From contig CALXWB010000002.1 of the NCBI GenBank assembly GCA_944392225.1, forward strand, positions 10,110 to 74,109: DNA of 64,000 bases. The letters are read 5' to 3'. The notes beneath the pieces were generated by a model, which was not told the origin of the DNA, did no database searches, and worked only from the letters and a program-made list of their open reading frames with translations. How positions within the stretch are numbered: position 1 is the stretch's first letter; every line of letters begins with the position of its first letter. The stretch is from an uncultured Alphaproteobacteria bacterium (lineage in GTDB: Bacteria > Pseudomonadota > Alphaproteobacteria > RF32 > CAG-239). Below are positions 54,645 through 64,000 of this stretch, one piece after another. Position numbers and translations under genes: made by a program.

Positions 54645-54682
54645 ACAAAAAAAAAAGACCTTATTTTCGTAAGGTCGTTTTT
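54645..54682. terminator. Bidirectional intrinsic terminator (serves tRNA-Ser on the minus strand)
   Basis: gacctta (54657-54663) pairs with taaggtc (54670-54676). It is flanked by a 12-nt A-run and a T-run. Confidence 0.75.
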
Positions 54683-54689
54683 ACTTAAA

Positions 54690-54779
54690 TGGCGGAGAGG
54701 CAGAGATTCGAACTCTGGGTGGGGTCGCCCCCACGACGGTTTTCAAGACCGCTGCATTAAACCGCTCTGCCACCTCTCC
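54690..54779 (-). tRNA. tRNA-Ser (anticodon UGA), class II, CCA encoded
   Basis: The reverse complement reads GGAGAGGTGGCAGAGCGGTTTAATGCAGCGGTCTTGAAAACCG...CAGAGTTCGAATCTCTGCCTCTCCGCCA. The anticodon loop is CTTGAAA. Confidence 0.95.
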
Positions 54780-54987
54780 ATGGTGTCGCCGTTTACTGAC
54801 AAACTTTTTACTGAAAACTTTATAAAAGGTCAAGCACTTTTTTGCATATTGCATATTTTTTTTATAATGAACCGAGATGCCGATTTGATAAAAGAAAAAA
54901 AACAGTTAATTTAACTTCTCTTATTAATGATTTCTAAAGCAATTTCTGAATATTTTAAAACAAATAAAAAGGAATGGAGAGGCAAAG

Positions 54988-56268
54988 TTGTTTTTATTGC
55001 GTTTATTGAGTTTAACGGCATTTTTATTGTTTAGCACTTCGGCTTGTGCTTCAACGGCCAAAAACGGCGCGCCGCAAGAATATTTAACCTGGCTTGATGG
55101 CTTGAAAAAAGAAATGTCGGAAAGAGGAATCTCGCAAAAAACATTAGATGAAGTTTATAAAGAAAACTATTATAAACCCAACCCGGAAATTGTGAAAATA
55201 GATAGAAAACAAACAGAGTTTGTGCTGACATCTACGGCATATCTCAATCGTGTGGTGAGCAAAACGCGTGTGGAAACGGCACAAAAAAAATATAAAGAAC
55301 TTTACCCGATTTTAAAACCGATATCAGATAAATATGGCGTTCAGCCACAATACATCATTGCATTTTGGGGCGTAGAAACCAATTTTGGGCAAAATTTCGG
55401 CGGCTATGATGTGATTGAGGCTTTGACTACTTTGAGTTATGATAACAGACGGCCGAAATTTTTCAAAGAAGAGCTTTATCAGGCTTTGAAGATTATTGAT
55501 AAATGGCAAATTGACCATACAAAAATGCAGGGCTCTTGGGCCGGTGCCATGGGCAATTTTCAGTTCATGCCCTCAACCTTTAATGCCTATGCGGTTGATT
55601 ATAACGGCGATAATCAGATAGATATATGGTATTCGTTTGAAGATGCAGCAGCCTCGGCCGCCAACTATTTATCAAAAATTGGTTGGGATAAGAACAATGA
55701 ATGGGGCCAAGAGGTGACGCTGCCGTGGAATTTTGACTTCAAAAACAGCGGCAGAAATGTCAAAAAGACCATAAAAGCATGGAAAAAACTTGGAATAAAA
55801 GCTGTTAAAGGACAAAAACTGCCTCAAAATCAAAAACTGATGGCGTCAATCATTGCGCCGGAGGGAAAAAAAGGCAAAGCATATTTGGTGCTGAATAATT
55901 ATAACAAGATAATGACTTGGAATCGCTCAGGAAATTATGCTTTGGCCGTCGGCATTTTGGCCGATTATGTAAAAAGCGGCAAAAAATGGCAAAAATTTCA
56001 AGAAAATCCGGCTCTGCGGTTGAGAACGGACGATATTTTGGAAATTCAAACTTTTATCAACAATTTGGGCTGGTTTGATGATAAGTTGGATGAAGATGGA
56101 ATGTTGGGGGCAAAAACCAGAGCTGCCATCAAAGAAGTGCAAAAGAAAGCCAACATGACGCAAGATGGCTATCCAGATGCGGTTTTGCTGGACAGAATAA
56201 AGCAATATGACGCGGATATAGGGTTTGCCATTCCCGTTCCGCCGAAAAAATTACACAAGCCGATGTAA
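54988..56268 (+). CDS. Lytic murein transglycosylase (MltB/Slt35-like) with C-terminal peptidoglycan-binding domain
   Basis: Motifs are IIAFWGVETNFG, GAMGNFQFMPSTF and NYNKIMTWNRSGNYALAV, with a C-terminal PG_binding_1-like region (GMLGAKTRAAIKEVQKKANMTQDG). The start is TTG and is uncertain. Confidence 0.88.
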   Translation: MFLLRLLSLTAFLLFSTSACASTAKNGAPQEYLTWLDGLKKEMSERGISQKTLDEVYKENYYKPNPEIVKIDRKQTEFVLTSTAYLNRVVSKTRVETAQKKYKELYPILKPISDKYGVQPQYIIAFWGVETNFGQNFGGYDVIEALTTLSYDNRRPKFFKEELYQALKIIDKWQIDHTKMQGSWAGAMGNFQFMPSTFNAYAVDYNGDNQIDIWYSFEDAAASAANYLSKIGWDKNNEWGQEVTLPWNFDFKNSGRNVKKTIKAWKKLGIKAVKGQKLPQNQKLMASIIAPEGKKGKAYLVLNNYNKIMTWNRSGNYALAVGILADYVKSGKKWQKFQENPALRLRTDDILEIQTFINNLGWFDDKLDEDGMLGAKTRAAIKEVQKKANMTQDGYPDAVLLDRIKQYDADIGFAIPVPPKKLHKPM

Positions 56269-56339
56269 ATGAGCTTTACGAATGATAAAAAAAAGTTTAG
56301 ATTATCCGCAAGATTTTATGTATGAAATGGAATTGATGA

Positions 56340-57203
56340 ATGAGTTTTAAAAAATATAGATTTTTAGCCGCTTTGGCAACCATCACCTTGTTTTTGACAT
56401 CCTGCGCCGGAGATCGCTTGGACCTATATTCGCAGTCGGCGGCCATCAGCGGCAAAGGCGGAAGCTACAAGGTCGGTAAACCTTATAAAATTGCCGGACA
56501 GTGGTATTATCCGGCTGAAGATTATGACTATGAAGAGATTGGCACGGCTTCTTGGTATGGCGAAGATTTTCACGCCAAATATACGGCCAATGGCGAAATT
56601 TATGATATGAATACACTGACGGCGGCACACAGAACTTTGCCTTTGCCGTCCATTGTTCGGGTAACCAACCTGGAAAACGGCCGTTCGCTTGTTTTGCGTG
56701 TGAACGACCGCGGGCCTTTTGCCAAAAACCGCATTATTGATATTTCTAAAAGAGGAGCACAATTGTTAGGTTTTCAAGCTCAAGGCACGGCCAAAGTTAA
56801 GGTCGAGATTTTGGAAAAAGAAAGCCGTGCGCTAAAAGCAGCTTTGACCGGGGAAAAAACGCCGACATATGCTTCTTCATCAGATAGCAAAAAGGGAAAA
56901 ATCATCACCATTCCCAAAAAGCCGGTAAGCGCTTATCCAAACTATGCCTCGACCCAAAGCAGCCAAGCTCAAAGCGGATCATATTTTATACAGGCCGGTT
57001 CTTTTTCCAATAAAAGTATGGCAGAAAACTTAAAAAGACAATTGGAAAGATATGGCCAAATCAACATTACACCGGCAGATGTTAACGGAAGCCGCTTTTA
57101 TCGGGTTCGTGTCGGACCGTTTTATGGCAAGACGGATGCTAACATTGCCTTGCTCAAGATAAAAGATGCCGGCTTGTCTGATGCCAAAGTTATTGTAGAA
57201 TAA
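56340..57203 (+). CDS. rlpA: Septal ring lytic transglycosylase RlpA with SPOR domain
   Basis: It has a lipobox (LFLTSCAG), a DPBB domain (ASWYGEDFHAKYTANGEIYD...VRVTNLENGRSLVLRVNDRGPF) and a C-terminal SPOR domain (YFIQAGSFSNKSMAENLKRQL). Confidence 0.9.
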   Translation: MSFKKYRFLAALATITLFLTSCAGDRLDLYSQSAAISGKGGSYKVGKPYKIAGQWYYPAEDYDYEEIGTASWYGEDFHAKYTANGEIYDMNTLTAAHRTLPLPSIVRVTNLENGRSLVLRVNDRGPFAKNRIIDISKRGAQLLGFQAQGTAKVKVEILEKESRALKAALTGEKTPTYASSSDSKKGKIITIPKKPVSAYPNYASTQSSQAQSGSYFIQAGSFSNKSMAENLKRQLERYGQINITPADVNGSRFYRVRVGPFYGKTDANIALLKIKDAGLSDAKVIVE

Positions 57204-57225
57204 TAAACATAAGGAAAAAAGAAAA

Positions 57226-58383
57226 ATGTTGTCAAAAAGCAAATTATATATCTCAACCATGATTGTTTCAGGTTTTGTTTTGGGCTTGGCGCACTCGGCT
57301 CAAGCCATTGAGACCAAAGCCAAAAATATGATATTGATGGATTATGATACAGGACAATATTTGTATGAAAAAGATGCTCAAAGAATGATTCCTCCGGCAT
57401 CAATGAGCAAGTTGATGACCATTTACATTATCTTTTCCAAGCTCAAAGACGGCTCTTTGAGTGAAGACGATGTTTTCACCGTGAGTGAAAATGCTTGGAG
57501 AAAAGGCGGCGCAGCGAGCGGAAGCTCGACCATGTTTTTGAACATTAAAGAAAAAGTTCGGGTTGGAGATTTGCTTCAAGGTATCATCATTCAATCGGGC
57601 AATGATGCTTGCATCGTGGCGGCCGAAAACATTGCCGGTTCGGAAGAAGATTTTGCCAAGATGATGAACGCCACTGCCAAAAGACTTGGCATGAACAATT
57701 CTTCTTTTGCCAATGCCACGGGATGGCCACACCCGGATCAGAGAATGTCGGTTGAAGATTTGGCCATTTTGGCGCGAGCCATTATCAAAGAATTTCCTGA
57801 ATATTATTACCTGTTTTCTGAGAAGAACTATACACACAACAACATTCGCCAGGGCAACCGCAACCCATTGTTATACAGCATGCCGGAAGCAGATGGTCTG
57901 AAAACGGGGCACACTGAAGAAGCAGGCTTTTGCTTGACAGGGTCAGCCAAAAGAGGAGACAGAAGATTGATCAGTGTGATGAGCGGTCTTTCTTCCAACA
58001 AGGAACGCTCGGAAGAAGCAGAAAAGATAATGAACTGGGGTTTCCGCGAATTTGACAATTATAAGGTGTTAAGCCAAGGCCAAAAGGTTGCGGAAGTGCC
58101 GGTTTGGTTTGGTGAAGAAAAGCAAGTTGATCTTCTTGTCAATGAAGATTTGGTCAGCACCATCAAAAAGAACAAAGCACAAAAGGTAAAATTGACGGCA
58201 GTTTATGATAAGCCGGTCAAAGCGCCCATTGCTCAAGGGGACAAATTGGGTTTTGTGCGTGTTGAAATTCCGGGCCAGCCGGTCAAAGAGGTTCCGTTGA
58301 TTGCGGCCAAAGATGTTAAAAAACTTGGTTGGTTTGGCAAAATGATGGAAAATGTCAAATATTTGTTGTTTGGAGAGGAATAA
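57226..58383 (+). CDS. dacC: D-alanyl-D-alanine carboxypeptidase (PBP5/6 class)
   Basis: Motifs are SMSKLMT (SxxK), QSGND (SxN) and KTGHT (KTG). A signal peptide is present. Confidence 0.9.
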   Translation: MLSKSKLYISTMIVSGFVLGLAHSAQAIETKAKNMILMDYDTGQYLYEKDAQRMIPPASMSKLMTIYIIFSKLKDGSLSEDDVFTVSENAWRKGGAASGSSTMFLNIKEKVRVGDLLQGIIIQSGNDACIVAAENIAGSEEDFAKMMNATAKRLGMNNSSFANATGWPHPDQRMSVEDLAILARAIIKEFPEYYYLFSEKNYTHNNIRQGNRNPLLYSMPEADGLKTGHTEEAGFCLTGSAKRGDRRLISVMSGLSSNKERSEEAEKIMNWGFREFDNYKVLSQGQKVAEVPVWFGEEKQVDLLVNEDLVSTIKKNKAQKVKLTAVYDKPVKAPIAQGDKLGFVRVEIPGQPVKEVPLIAAKDVKKLGWFGKMMENVKYLLFGEE

Positions 58384-59036
58384 TGGCAAAAAAAGGACGT
58401 TTTATCACTTTTGAAGGCGGAGAGGGAACGGGAAAATCGACCCAGATTAAGCTCTTGTCCGAATATTTGCAGCAAAAAGGGATAGACGTCTTAACCTCCA
58501 AAGAACCGGGAGGAACGGAAGTCGGGCTTGAATTGCGCCGCATATTGGTCACGGGAGATAAAGACAAAATGGATGCTGTGGCAGAAGCTTTGCTTTATTA
58601 TGCTGACAGAAGAATCCACATGACCAAAAAAGTTTGGCCGGCGTTGGAAGAAGGAAAATGGGTTTTAAGTGACCGTTTTGCCGATTCAACCGTAGCTTAT
58701 CAATATTATGGCTACAATAAGCGGGTGCCATATCAAACTTTGGAAAATTTGTATAAATTAACGGTAGGAGATTTTAAGCCGGACCTGACGGTTTTGTTGG
58801 ATATTGACCCCAAGATCGGGTTGGCGCGCTCTCTTGACAAGGCCGGACACATGAGTGTTAAAGAGACCAGACATGAGAGCAGGGGCTTGGAATTTCATAA
58901 CAATTTAAGACAAGGATATTTAGAAATGGCGCAAAAAGAGCCGGAAAGATTTTTGGTTTTTGACGCCGATAAAAGCATAGAAGAATTGCATGAAGAAATA
59001 TGCCGCGCAATATCCGAAAGGTTTGAAATCTGCTGA
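58383..59036 (+). CDS. tmk: Thymidylate kinase
   Basis: MAKKGRFITFEGGEGTGKSTQ. ATG 58383 overlaps the dacC stop (TAATG). The track start 58329 is over-extended. Confidence 0.95.
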   Translation: MAKKGRFITFEGGEGTGKSTQIKLLSEYLQQKGIDVLTSKEPGGTEVGLELRRILVTGDKDKMDAVAEALLYYADRRIHMTKKVWPALEEGKWVLSDRFADSTVAYQYYGYNKRVPYQTLENLYKLTVGDFKPDLTVLLDIDPKIGLARSLDKAGHMSVKETRHESRGLEFHNNLRQGYLEMAQKEPERFLVFDADKSIEELHEEICRAISERFEIC

Positions 59037-60094
59037 TGGAAGAAAGTGATAATCAAAATTTATCTCCGCGAAACAACAATTTTCTGATTGGTTTTGAGGA
59101 AGAAGAAAAGTTTTTGTTAGAAGCCTGGAAAAAAAACACGCTGCACAATTCTTGGCTCTTTTCCGGCGTGGAAGGAATAGGCAAGGCCTCTCTGGCTTAT
59201 AAATTTGCCAAGTTTGTGCTTTTTGCCGATGAAAAAGATAAAGATAAATATACATCTTTGGATATTCCGCCGCAAAGTGCCGTTAACAACCTGGTTTCAA
59301 ACAATGCGCACCCGGATTTGAAAATAATTGAGAGAGATTATATTGAAGCAGATAAAAAAAAGATAATCAAAGCCATCAAAGACGGAGAACAGCTGGCTCA
59401 AGAAGACTTGAAAGAGCTGAAAAAATCGGCCAATATAAAAGTGGACGAGGTTAGAACGATAAATGAGTTTTTATCCAAACGCTCCGGCAATGATGGTTGG
59501 CGCGTGGTTATAATTGACAGTATTGATGATATGAACACCTCAAGTGCCAATGCCATATTAAAGACGCTGGAAGAGCCGCCGCATAAGGCTCTGATGCTTT
59601 TGATAAGCCATAATCCGAACCGCTTGCTGCCAACCATAAAGTCAAGATGTGCCAAGCTGAATTTGAAGCCGTTATCGGAAGAAAACGTGGCCAGTTTGTT
59701 AAGAAGATATCGGCCGAATATGTCCGAAAAAGAGATAAAAGAACTGACGCCGTTATCTTCAGGCAGCATTGGCAAGGCGTTGTTATATGCCGATAATGAT
59801 GCCTTGGAGGTTTATCATCGTTTGAGCCAAATTATTTATGAAAAAGAAAAATTTGCCTTAAGCGATTTGCTCGAATTTTGCAACACATACAGCGCAGATG
59901 AAGAGAGCTATGCTTTGGTGCAAGAGTTGATATTAAAGTTTATTGCAGAGAACATAGAGCAAGTGTCAGATATAAACGAGTTTGCCAAGAGTTGGGAAGA
60001 GACAATAAAAATTTTTAATGAAACGGCAGCCTTAAACTTGGATAAGAAACAAGCGCTGATGAATATAATAATAAATTTGACAAAGAGGATGTAA
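59036..60094 (+). CDS. holB: DNA polymerase III delta-prime subunit
   Basis: Motifs are LHNSWLFSGVEGIGKASLA, VVIIDSIDDMNTSSANAILKTLEEPP and PTIKSRC. The start overlaps the tmk stop (TGATG). Confidence 0.85.
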   Translation: MEESDNQNLSPRNNNFLIGFEEEEKFLLEAWKKNTLHNSWLFSGVEGIGKASLAYKFAKFVLFADEKDKDKYTSLDIPPQSAVNNLVSNNAHPDLKIIERDYIEADKKKIIKAIKDGEQLAQEDLKELKKSANIKVDEVRTINEFLSKRSGNDGWRVVIIDSIDDMNTSSANAILKTLEEPPHKALMLLISHNPNRLLPTIKSRCAKLNLKPLSEENVASLLRRYRPNMSEKEIKELTPLSSGSIGKALLYADNDALEVYHRLSQIIYEKEKFALSDLLEFCNTYSADEESYALVQELILKFIAENIEQVSDINEFAKSWEETIKIFNETAALNLDKKQALMNIIINLTKRM

Positions 60095-60095
60095 G

Positions 60096-60890
60096 ATGCT
60101 GGTAGACAGTCATTGTCATTTAAGTTATGACGATTTTGCCGAAGATTTTGACGAAATGATAGAACGGGCCAAAGAAAACGGGGTCACGACCATGCTCAAC
60201 GCCGGGAATAATATCGGCGAAATTGAAGAGCAGTTGGCCTTGTCGGAAAAATATCCGTTTATATACACGGCAGTTGGCGTGCATCCGCACAATGCTTCGG
60301 AATATGAAGATATCAAAGTGCAAGACTTTATCAAATGGACAACCCACAAAAAGATTGTGGCAATTGGCGAGTGCGGTTTGGACTACTATTATGACTATTC
60401 GCCCAAAGATGTGCAGATAAAAGTTTTCAGAGAGCAAATAAAAGCAGCGCAAGAAACGGGCCTGCCGTTGATAATTCACACACGCGATGCCGATGATGAT
60501 ACAATAAGTATTTTATCGGAAATGTATAAAGACAAACCTTTTTCGGGAGAGATTCATTGTTTTAGTTCTTCCAAAGAGTTGGCAGACTTTGCTTTATCCA
60601 TTGGGTTTTATATTTCGGCATCGGGAATGATTACGTTTAACAAATCGGGCGATTTGCGCGACATATTTGCTGAAATTCCGTTAGAAAGGATTTTGGTCGA
60701 AACGGATTCGCCTTTTTTGGCGCCGGTTCCGCAACGAGGTAAGAGAAATGAGCCGGCTTTTGTATTGCACACGGCAGAAAAATTGGCCCAATTGCGGGGA
60801 ATAAGTTTGGATAAGCTGGCAGAAATCACATCAAACAATTTTTTCAAACTTTTTAGAAAAGCCAGCGATAAAGGGAGATATGAGTATTAA
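60096..60890 (+). CDS. tatD: TatD-family metal-dependent hydrolase
   Basis: Motifs are LVDSHCHL, IGECGLDYYY, IIHTRDA and ETDSPFLAP. Confidence 0.92.
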   Translation: MLVDSHCHLSYDDFAEDFDEMIERAKENGVTTMLNAGNNIGEIEEQLALSEKYPFIYTAVGVHPHNASEYEDIKVQDFIKWTTHKKIVAIGECGLDYYYDYSPKDVQIKVFREQIKAAQETGLPLIIHTRDADDDTISILSEMYKDKPFSGEIHCFSSSKELADFALSIGFYISASGMITFNKSGDLRDIFAEIPLERILVETDSPFLAPVPQRGKRNEPAFVLHTAEKLAQLRGISLDKLAEITSNNFFKLFRKASDKGRYEY

Positions 60891-61759
60891 TGTCTAAGGT
60901 CATTATTTTAGGAGCGGGCGCGGCCCCGGGCGTTCCGTCATTGAGTTGCGGCTGGGGAAATTGCAACCCGGAAAATAAGAAAAACATTCGCACCCGCACG
61001 GATACATATGTTGAGATAAACGATACCAAGTTTTTGATAGATACATCGCCGGATATCAGACAACATCTGATAGACAATAAAATCAGATACATAGACGCGG
61101 TTTTATATACGCATGCACATGCCGATCATTTGCACGGAATTGATGACCTGCGAGAAATAACGCGTATTAGGCTGCATGATGCCTATATGGAGCATGGCGA
61201 AACGGCATATCATCATGGAATATACAATTTTGAGGGCTTGGATAAAATCGGCGATTTGAGCATTCAATGTTATGCGGCCAAAGAAACGGCAAAAAGCATA
61301 CGGCGAAGCTTTCCCTATTTGGTAAATTCGGTTTTCTCCAAAAAGAAAAATGTTTTTTATACGCCGAGCTTTAAGATAAACGAGGTAAAAAGAAACCATA
61401 GTTTTTATATCAATGATATAAAAATCACGCCGATAAAGCTGTTGGATCATAGTGTTCCGTCAATCGGCTTTGTCTTTAATGATGGCGAGTATGTGCATAT
61501 TGCCGATTTTAAGACTTTGCCGTCATCAGTGTTTAAGCAAATTAAGGTGCGGCCGAAATTGTTGGTCATTCCGCTGACCACACCTTTTGAGCAAAGAGGA
61601 CACGCCGGTTTTAAGACGGTTATGAAAATTATAGAAAAAATAAACCCGGAGCGAGCCGTCATCAACCATATGGCAACCGAATGTGATTATGATGAGATAA
61701 ATGCACAAACGCCCGATTTTGTTGAACCGGCATTTGACGGAATGAAAATTGAATGGTAA
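60890..61759 (+). CDS. MBL-fold metallo-hydrolase (PhnP/GPMB-like)
   Basis: The motif is YTHAHADHLHGIDDL. The start overlaps the tatD stop (TAATG). This gene is conserved after tatD in Alphaproteobacteria. Confidence 0.8.
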   Translation: MSKVIILGAGAAPGVPSLSCGWGNCNPENKKNIRTRTDTYVEINDTKFLIDTSPDIRQHLIDNKIRYIDAVLYTHAHADHLHGIDDLREITRIRLHDAYMEHGETAYHHGIYNFEGLDKIGDLSIQCYAAKETAKSIRRSFPYLVNSVFSKKKNVFYTPSFKINEVKRNHSFYINDIKITPIKLLDHSVPSIGFVFNDGEYVHIADFKTLPSSVFKQIKVRPKLLVIPLTTPFEQRGHAGFKTVMKIIEKINPERAVINHMATECDYDEINAQTPDFVEPAFDGMKIEW

Positions 61760-61793
61760 AAAAGTAAGGTAAAATAAAAATAAGGAAGAAAAA

Positions 61794-62660
61794 ATGTTAT
61801 GTATTTATCATGTTGCAGACCATGACGGAAAAGGATCTGCCGGAATTGTTAAAAGTGTATATCCCGAGATTGAGTTTTTTGGCCTCAATCATGATATGGA
61901 AGTTCCCTATGAAGAAATACGCAAACATGATAAGATAATTGTTTGCGACATAGCTTTGCCGCTGGATTTTATGTTTGAGTTAAACGAGAGCAAAGACTTT
62001 ACATGGATAGACCACCATGTTTCCATCATCAAAGAATATGAAGAAGCGGTAAAAAAAGGCAAGCCGGAAATCAAGGGGCTGAGGAGAGTAGGCACGGCGG
62101 CCATGTGCCTGACCTGGGAATATTTTTATCCGGGTAAACCTCTGCCGGAAGGAATAAAGCTATTGGGGTTAAATGACTTGTTCAAGCTGGAAGACAAGCG
62201 TGTGCGTCCGTTTGAATATGCCATTCAGTCAATGGGGGTGAATCGTCCGCAAGATGAAATTTGGCAAAAGTTGATTAACAACGAGATAGATATTGATGAA
62301 ACGGTGGCAAAAGGTGAAGCCATTTTATCATGGATAAAAATAAGAAACTATAGATTGGTGCGTTCCATGGCTTTTGAAAGCGAGTTTATGGGCTTGAAGT
62401 GTATCTGTGCCAACATGGCGCAAGGCTATTCTGAGTTTTTTGATTCTGTTGAAAATATAGAAGATTATGACATGATGGTCAATTTTTACATGAACAAGAA
62501 AAACCAATGGAATTTGTCTTTTTACACGGCCAAAGAAAATGTGGATGTCTCAAAAATTGCCATGAGTTTTGGCGGCGGCGGACATCAGAAGGCCGCAGGA
62601 GCATCGAAACTGCCGCAACTGCCGGAGTTTTTGTTGCAAGGAAAACCCGTTGAAAAATAA
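61794..62660 (+). CDS. Compact DHH/DHHA1-family phosphoesterase (NrnA/exopolyphosphatase-like)
   Basis: Motifs are CIYHVADHDGKGSAG (DHH motif I/II-like), VCDIAL, WIDHH (DHH) and FGGGGHQKAAGA (DHHA1 GGGH). It is 288 aa. Confidence 0.7.
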   Translation: MLCIYHVADHDGKGSAGIVKSVYPEIEFFGLNHDMEVPYEEIRKHDKIIVCDIALPLDFMFELNESKDFTWIDHHVSIIKEYEEAVKKGKPEIKGLRRVGTAAMCLTWEYFYPGKPLPEGIKLLGLNDLFKLEDKRVRPFEYAIQSMGVNRPQDEIWQKLINNEIDIDETVAKGEAILSWIKIRNYRLVRSMAFESEFMGLKCICANMAQGYSEFFDSVENIEDYDMMVNFYMNKKNQWNLSFYTAKENVDVSKIAMSFGGGGHQKAAGASKLPQLPEFLLQGKPVEK

Positions 62661-62664
62661 AAAA

Positions 62665-62702
62665 AACGCCTCGATTTGAAAAAAAATCGGGGCGTTTTTT
62701 TT
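62665..62702 (+). terminator. Rho-independent terminator
   Basis: aacgcctcgatt pairs with aatcggggcgtt (one mismatch), followed by TTTTTTTT. Confidence 0.7.
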
Positions 62703-62819
62703 GTGTTGCATTTATTATCAGAAAAATGGCGCTTTTTAAATTGTTTCCGATTTTGCTAAAATCTTTAGCAAAAAGAGATAAAAAATATATATAAATTCAC
62801 TAAAAATTGAGAATTTTAC

Positions 62820-62847
62820 TTGAGAAATTTGCAAATTGTTGTAAAAT
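62820..62847 (+). promoter_or_regulatory. Putative sigma70-type promoter of metG
   Basis: TTGAGA (62820-62825), 16-nt spacer, TAAAAT (62842-62847). Confidence 0.35.
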
Positions 62848-62901
62848 CGCAACGTTAAAAAACAAAATAACAAAAATAATATTTAATTGGAGAATTTTAT
62901 A

Positions 62902-64000
62902 ATGTCTAAAACTTTAGTTACCACAGCATTACCGTATGTAAACGGCGTGCCGCATTTGGGCCACATGGTTGGTTGTTTGTTACCCTCAGATGTCTATGCG
63001 CGTTTCATGCGAATGATGGGTAACGAGGTTTTATATATCGGCGGCACGGATGAGCACGGAACGCCGTCTGAAGTCGGTGCAGCTAAAGAGGGTATCCCGG
63101 TTGAAGAATATTGCAATAACTATCACCAACGTCACAAAAAGACCTATGAAGATTTTGAGCTCTCGTTTGATTGTTTCGGCCGCACCAGTTCCGATGAAAA
63201 TAAGGAGATGGTTTATCATATTTTCAATGCCTTGGATAAAAACGGCATGATTGAGGAAAAAACCATCAAACAAATTTATTCCATTGATGATAAGCGCTTT
63301 TTGCCGGATAGATATGTGACAGGCACATGTCCTTATTGCGGTTATGATAAGGCAAGGGGCGACCAGTGTGAAAACTGCACCAAGGTTTTGGACCCGACAG
63401 ATTTAATCAATCCGCGTTCCACCATTTCCGGCTCCACCAATTTGGAGGTGAGAGAAACCAAACACCTGTTCTTAAATCTGCCCAAAATTGAATCAAAATT
63501 GGCCGAATGGATAAAAACCCGCGAACCTTATTGGCCCGATATGGCTTATTCCATTGCACAAAAATGGCTCAAAGAAGGCTTGCAGGAACGCTGCATCACC
63601 CGTGATTTGAAATGGGGTTTCCCTGTCAATAAACCGGGCTATGAAGATAAGGTTTTTTATGTTTGGTTTGATGCACCGATTGGTTATATCGGCATCACCA
63701 AACATTGGGCCGATGCTAATGGTAAAGATTGGAAAGAATGGTGGTATGGCGCCAAAGATGTGGACTATGTTGAGTTTATGGGCAAAGACAATGTTCCTTT
63801 CCATGCCATTTCTTTTCCGGCCACTTTGCTCGGCACCGGCGAACCTTGGACTTTGGTCAAGACCTTGAAAGGTTCCAGCTATTTAACTTATGAAGGCGGC
63901 AAATTTTCAAAATCGGAAAAACGCGGCATTTTTGCCGAAGATGCTGTCAAAGAATATCCGGCTGACTATTGGCGCTATTGGCTGATGGCAAACGCGCCGG
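62902..64000 (+). CDS. metG: Methionyl-tRNA synthetase (N-terminal part; continues beyond the window)
   Basis: My translation from ATG 62902 is [55 protein letters not shown] (HIGH-type motif), with a Zn knuckle ([17 protein letters not shown]) and KFSKS near 63901. It is absent from the track because there is no stop in the window. Confidence 0.95.
   Translation, partial: MSKTLVTTALPYVNGVPHLGHMVGCLLPSDVYARFMRMMGNEVLYIGGTDEHGTPSEVGAAKEGIPVEEYCNNYHQRHKKTYEDFELSFDCFGRTSSDENKEMVYHIFNALDKNGMIEEKTIKQIYSIDDKRFLPDRYVTGTCPYCGYDKARGDQCENCTKVLDPTDLINPRSTISGSTNLEVRETKHLFLNLPKIESKLAEWIKTREPYWPDMAYSIAQKWLKEGLQERCITRDLKWGFPVNKPGYEDKVFYVWFDAPIGYIGITKHWADANGKDWKEWWYGAKDVDYVEFMGKDNVPFHAISFPATLLGTGEPWTLVKTLKGSSYLTYEGGKFSKSEKRGIFAEDAVKEYPADYWRYWLMANAP

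Noticed and set aside
54541-54682. Possibility that the T-arm-containing segment is a complete tRNA or the acceptor piece of an alphaproteobacterial two-piece (permuted) tmRNA.
   Set aside because: There is no 5' acceptor strand complementary to CACGAGG and no encoded CCA. No tag-peptide reading frame (…AA stop) or pseudoknot-sized region follows. The sequence runs straight into the tRNA-Ser terminator.
54780-54987. CRISPR array, tandem repeats or an ncRNA gene in the largest non-coding gaps (54519-54987, 62661-62901, 17635-17830).
   Set aside because: By eye there are no repeated units with regular spacing. The sequence is AT-rich promoter-like DNA; for example, TTGACC-17-TAAAAA on the minus strand upstream of tRNA-Ser. 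I could not run a repeat finder, so short degenerate repeats cannot be excluded.

Overview
This is a densely coding chromosomal segment that looks AT-rich by eye. The gene order matches synteny blocks I know from Alphaproteobacteria: ppiD-tpiA-secG-pyrG-(insert)-kdsA-recO-parC; dusB-trkA-hfq-hflX; recJ-DUF502; lspA-DUF3035(BamF-like)-M16 peptidase pair-pgi-mutL; and lytic transglycosylase-rlpA-dacC-tmk-holB-tatD-MBL-(insert)-metG. Mixed into this core is an anaerobe-type toolkit: a Fur-family (PerR-like) regulator with rubrerythrin, divergent from a flavodiiron protein across a perfect 7-1-7 Fur-type box, followed by a stand-alone HydE-like radical-SAM maturase, a SulP transporter and formate-THF ligase. 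ProRS is of the archaeal/eukaryote-like type. There are two tRNA genes, tRNA-Leu(GAG) on + and tRNA-Ser(UGA) on -. I recognised no rRNA, CRISPR array, transposase or integrase. The unexplained content consists of: (1) a 1333-aa membrane-anchored giant coiled-coil protein with a Tyr-rich partner coupled to dusB; (2) a CxxC membrane protein with a Cys-Cys-tailed partner downstream of SulP, followed by a 20-bp perfect palindrome; (3) three orphan proteins (about 468, 361 and 166 aa) and a secreted Pro-rich EF-hand protein; (4) a probable phage scar next to tRNA-Ser, made of a lysozyme C-terminal fragment and a tRNA T-arm fragment flanked by short direct repeats; (5) a compact DHH/DHHA1 phosphoesterase inserted before metG; (6) a Panacea-like gene coupled to DUF192. 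All family names come from my own reading of motifs in the translations, and no database search was possible. Many long ORFs in the supplied track are codon-aligned antisense shadows of real genes and were rejected.
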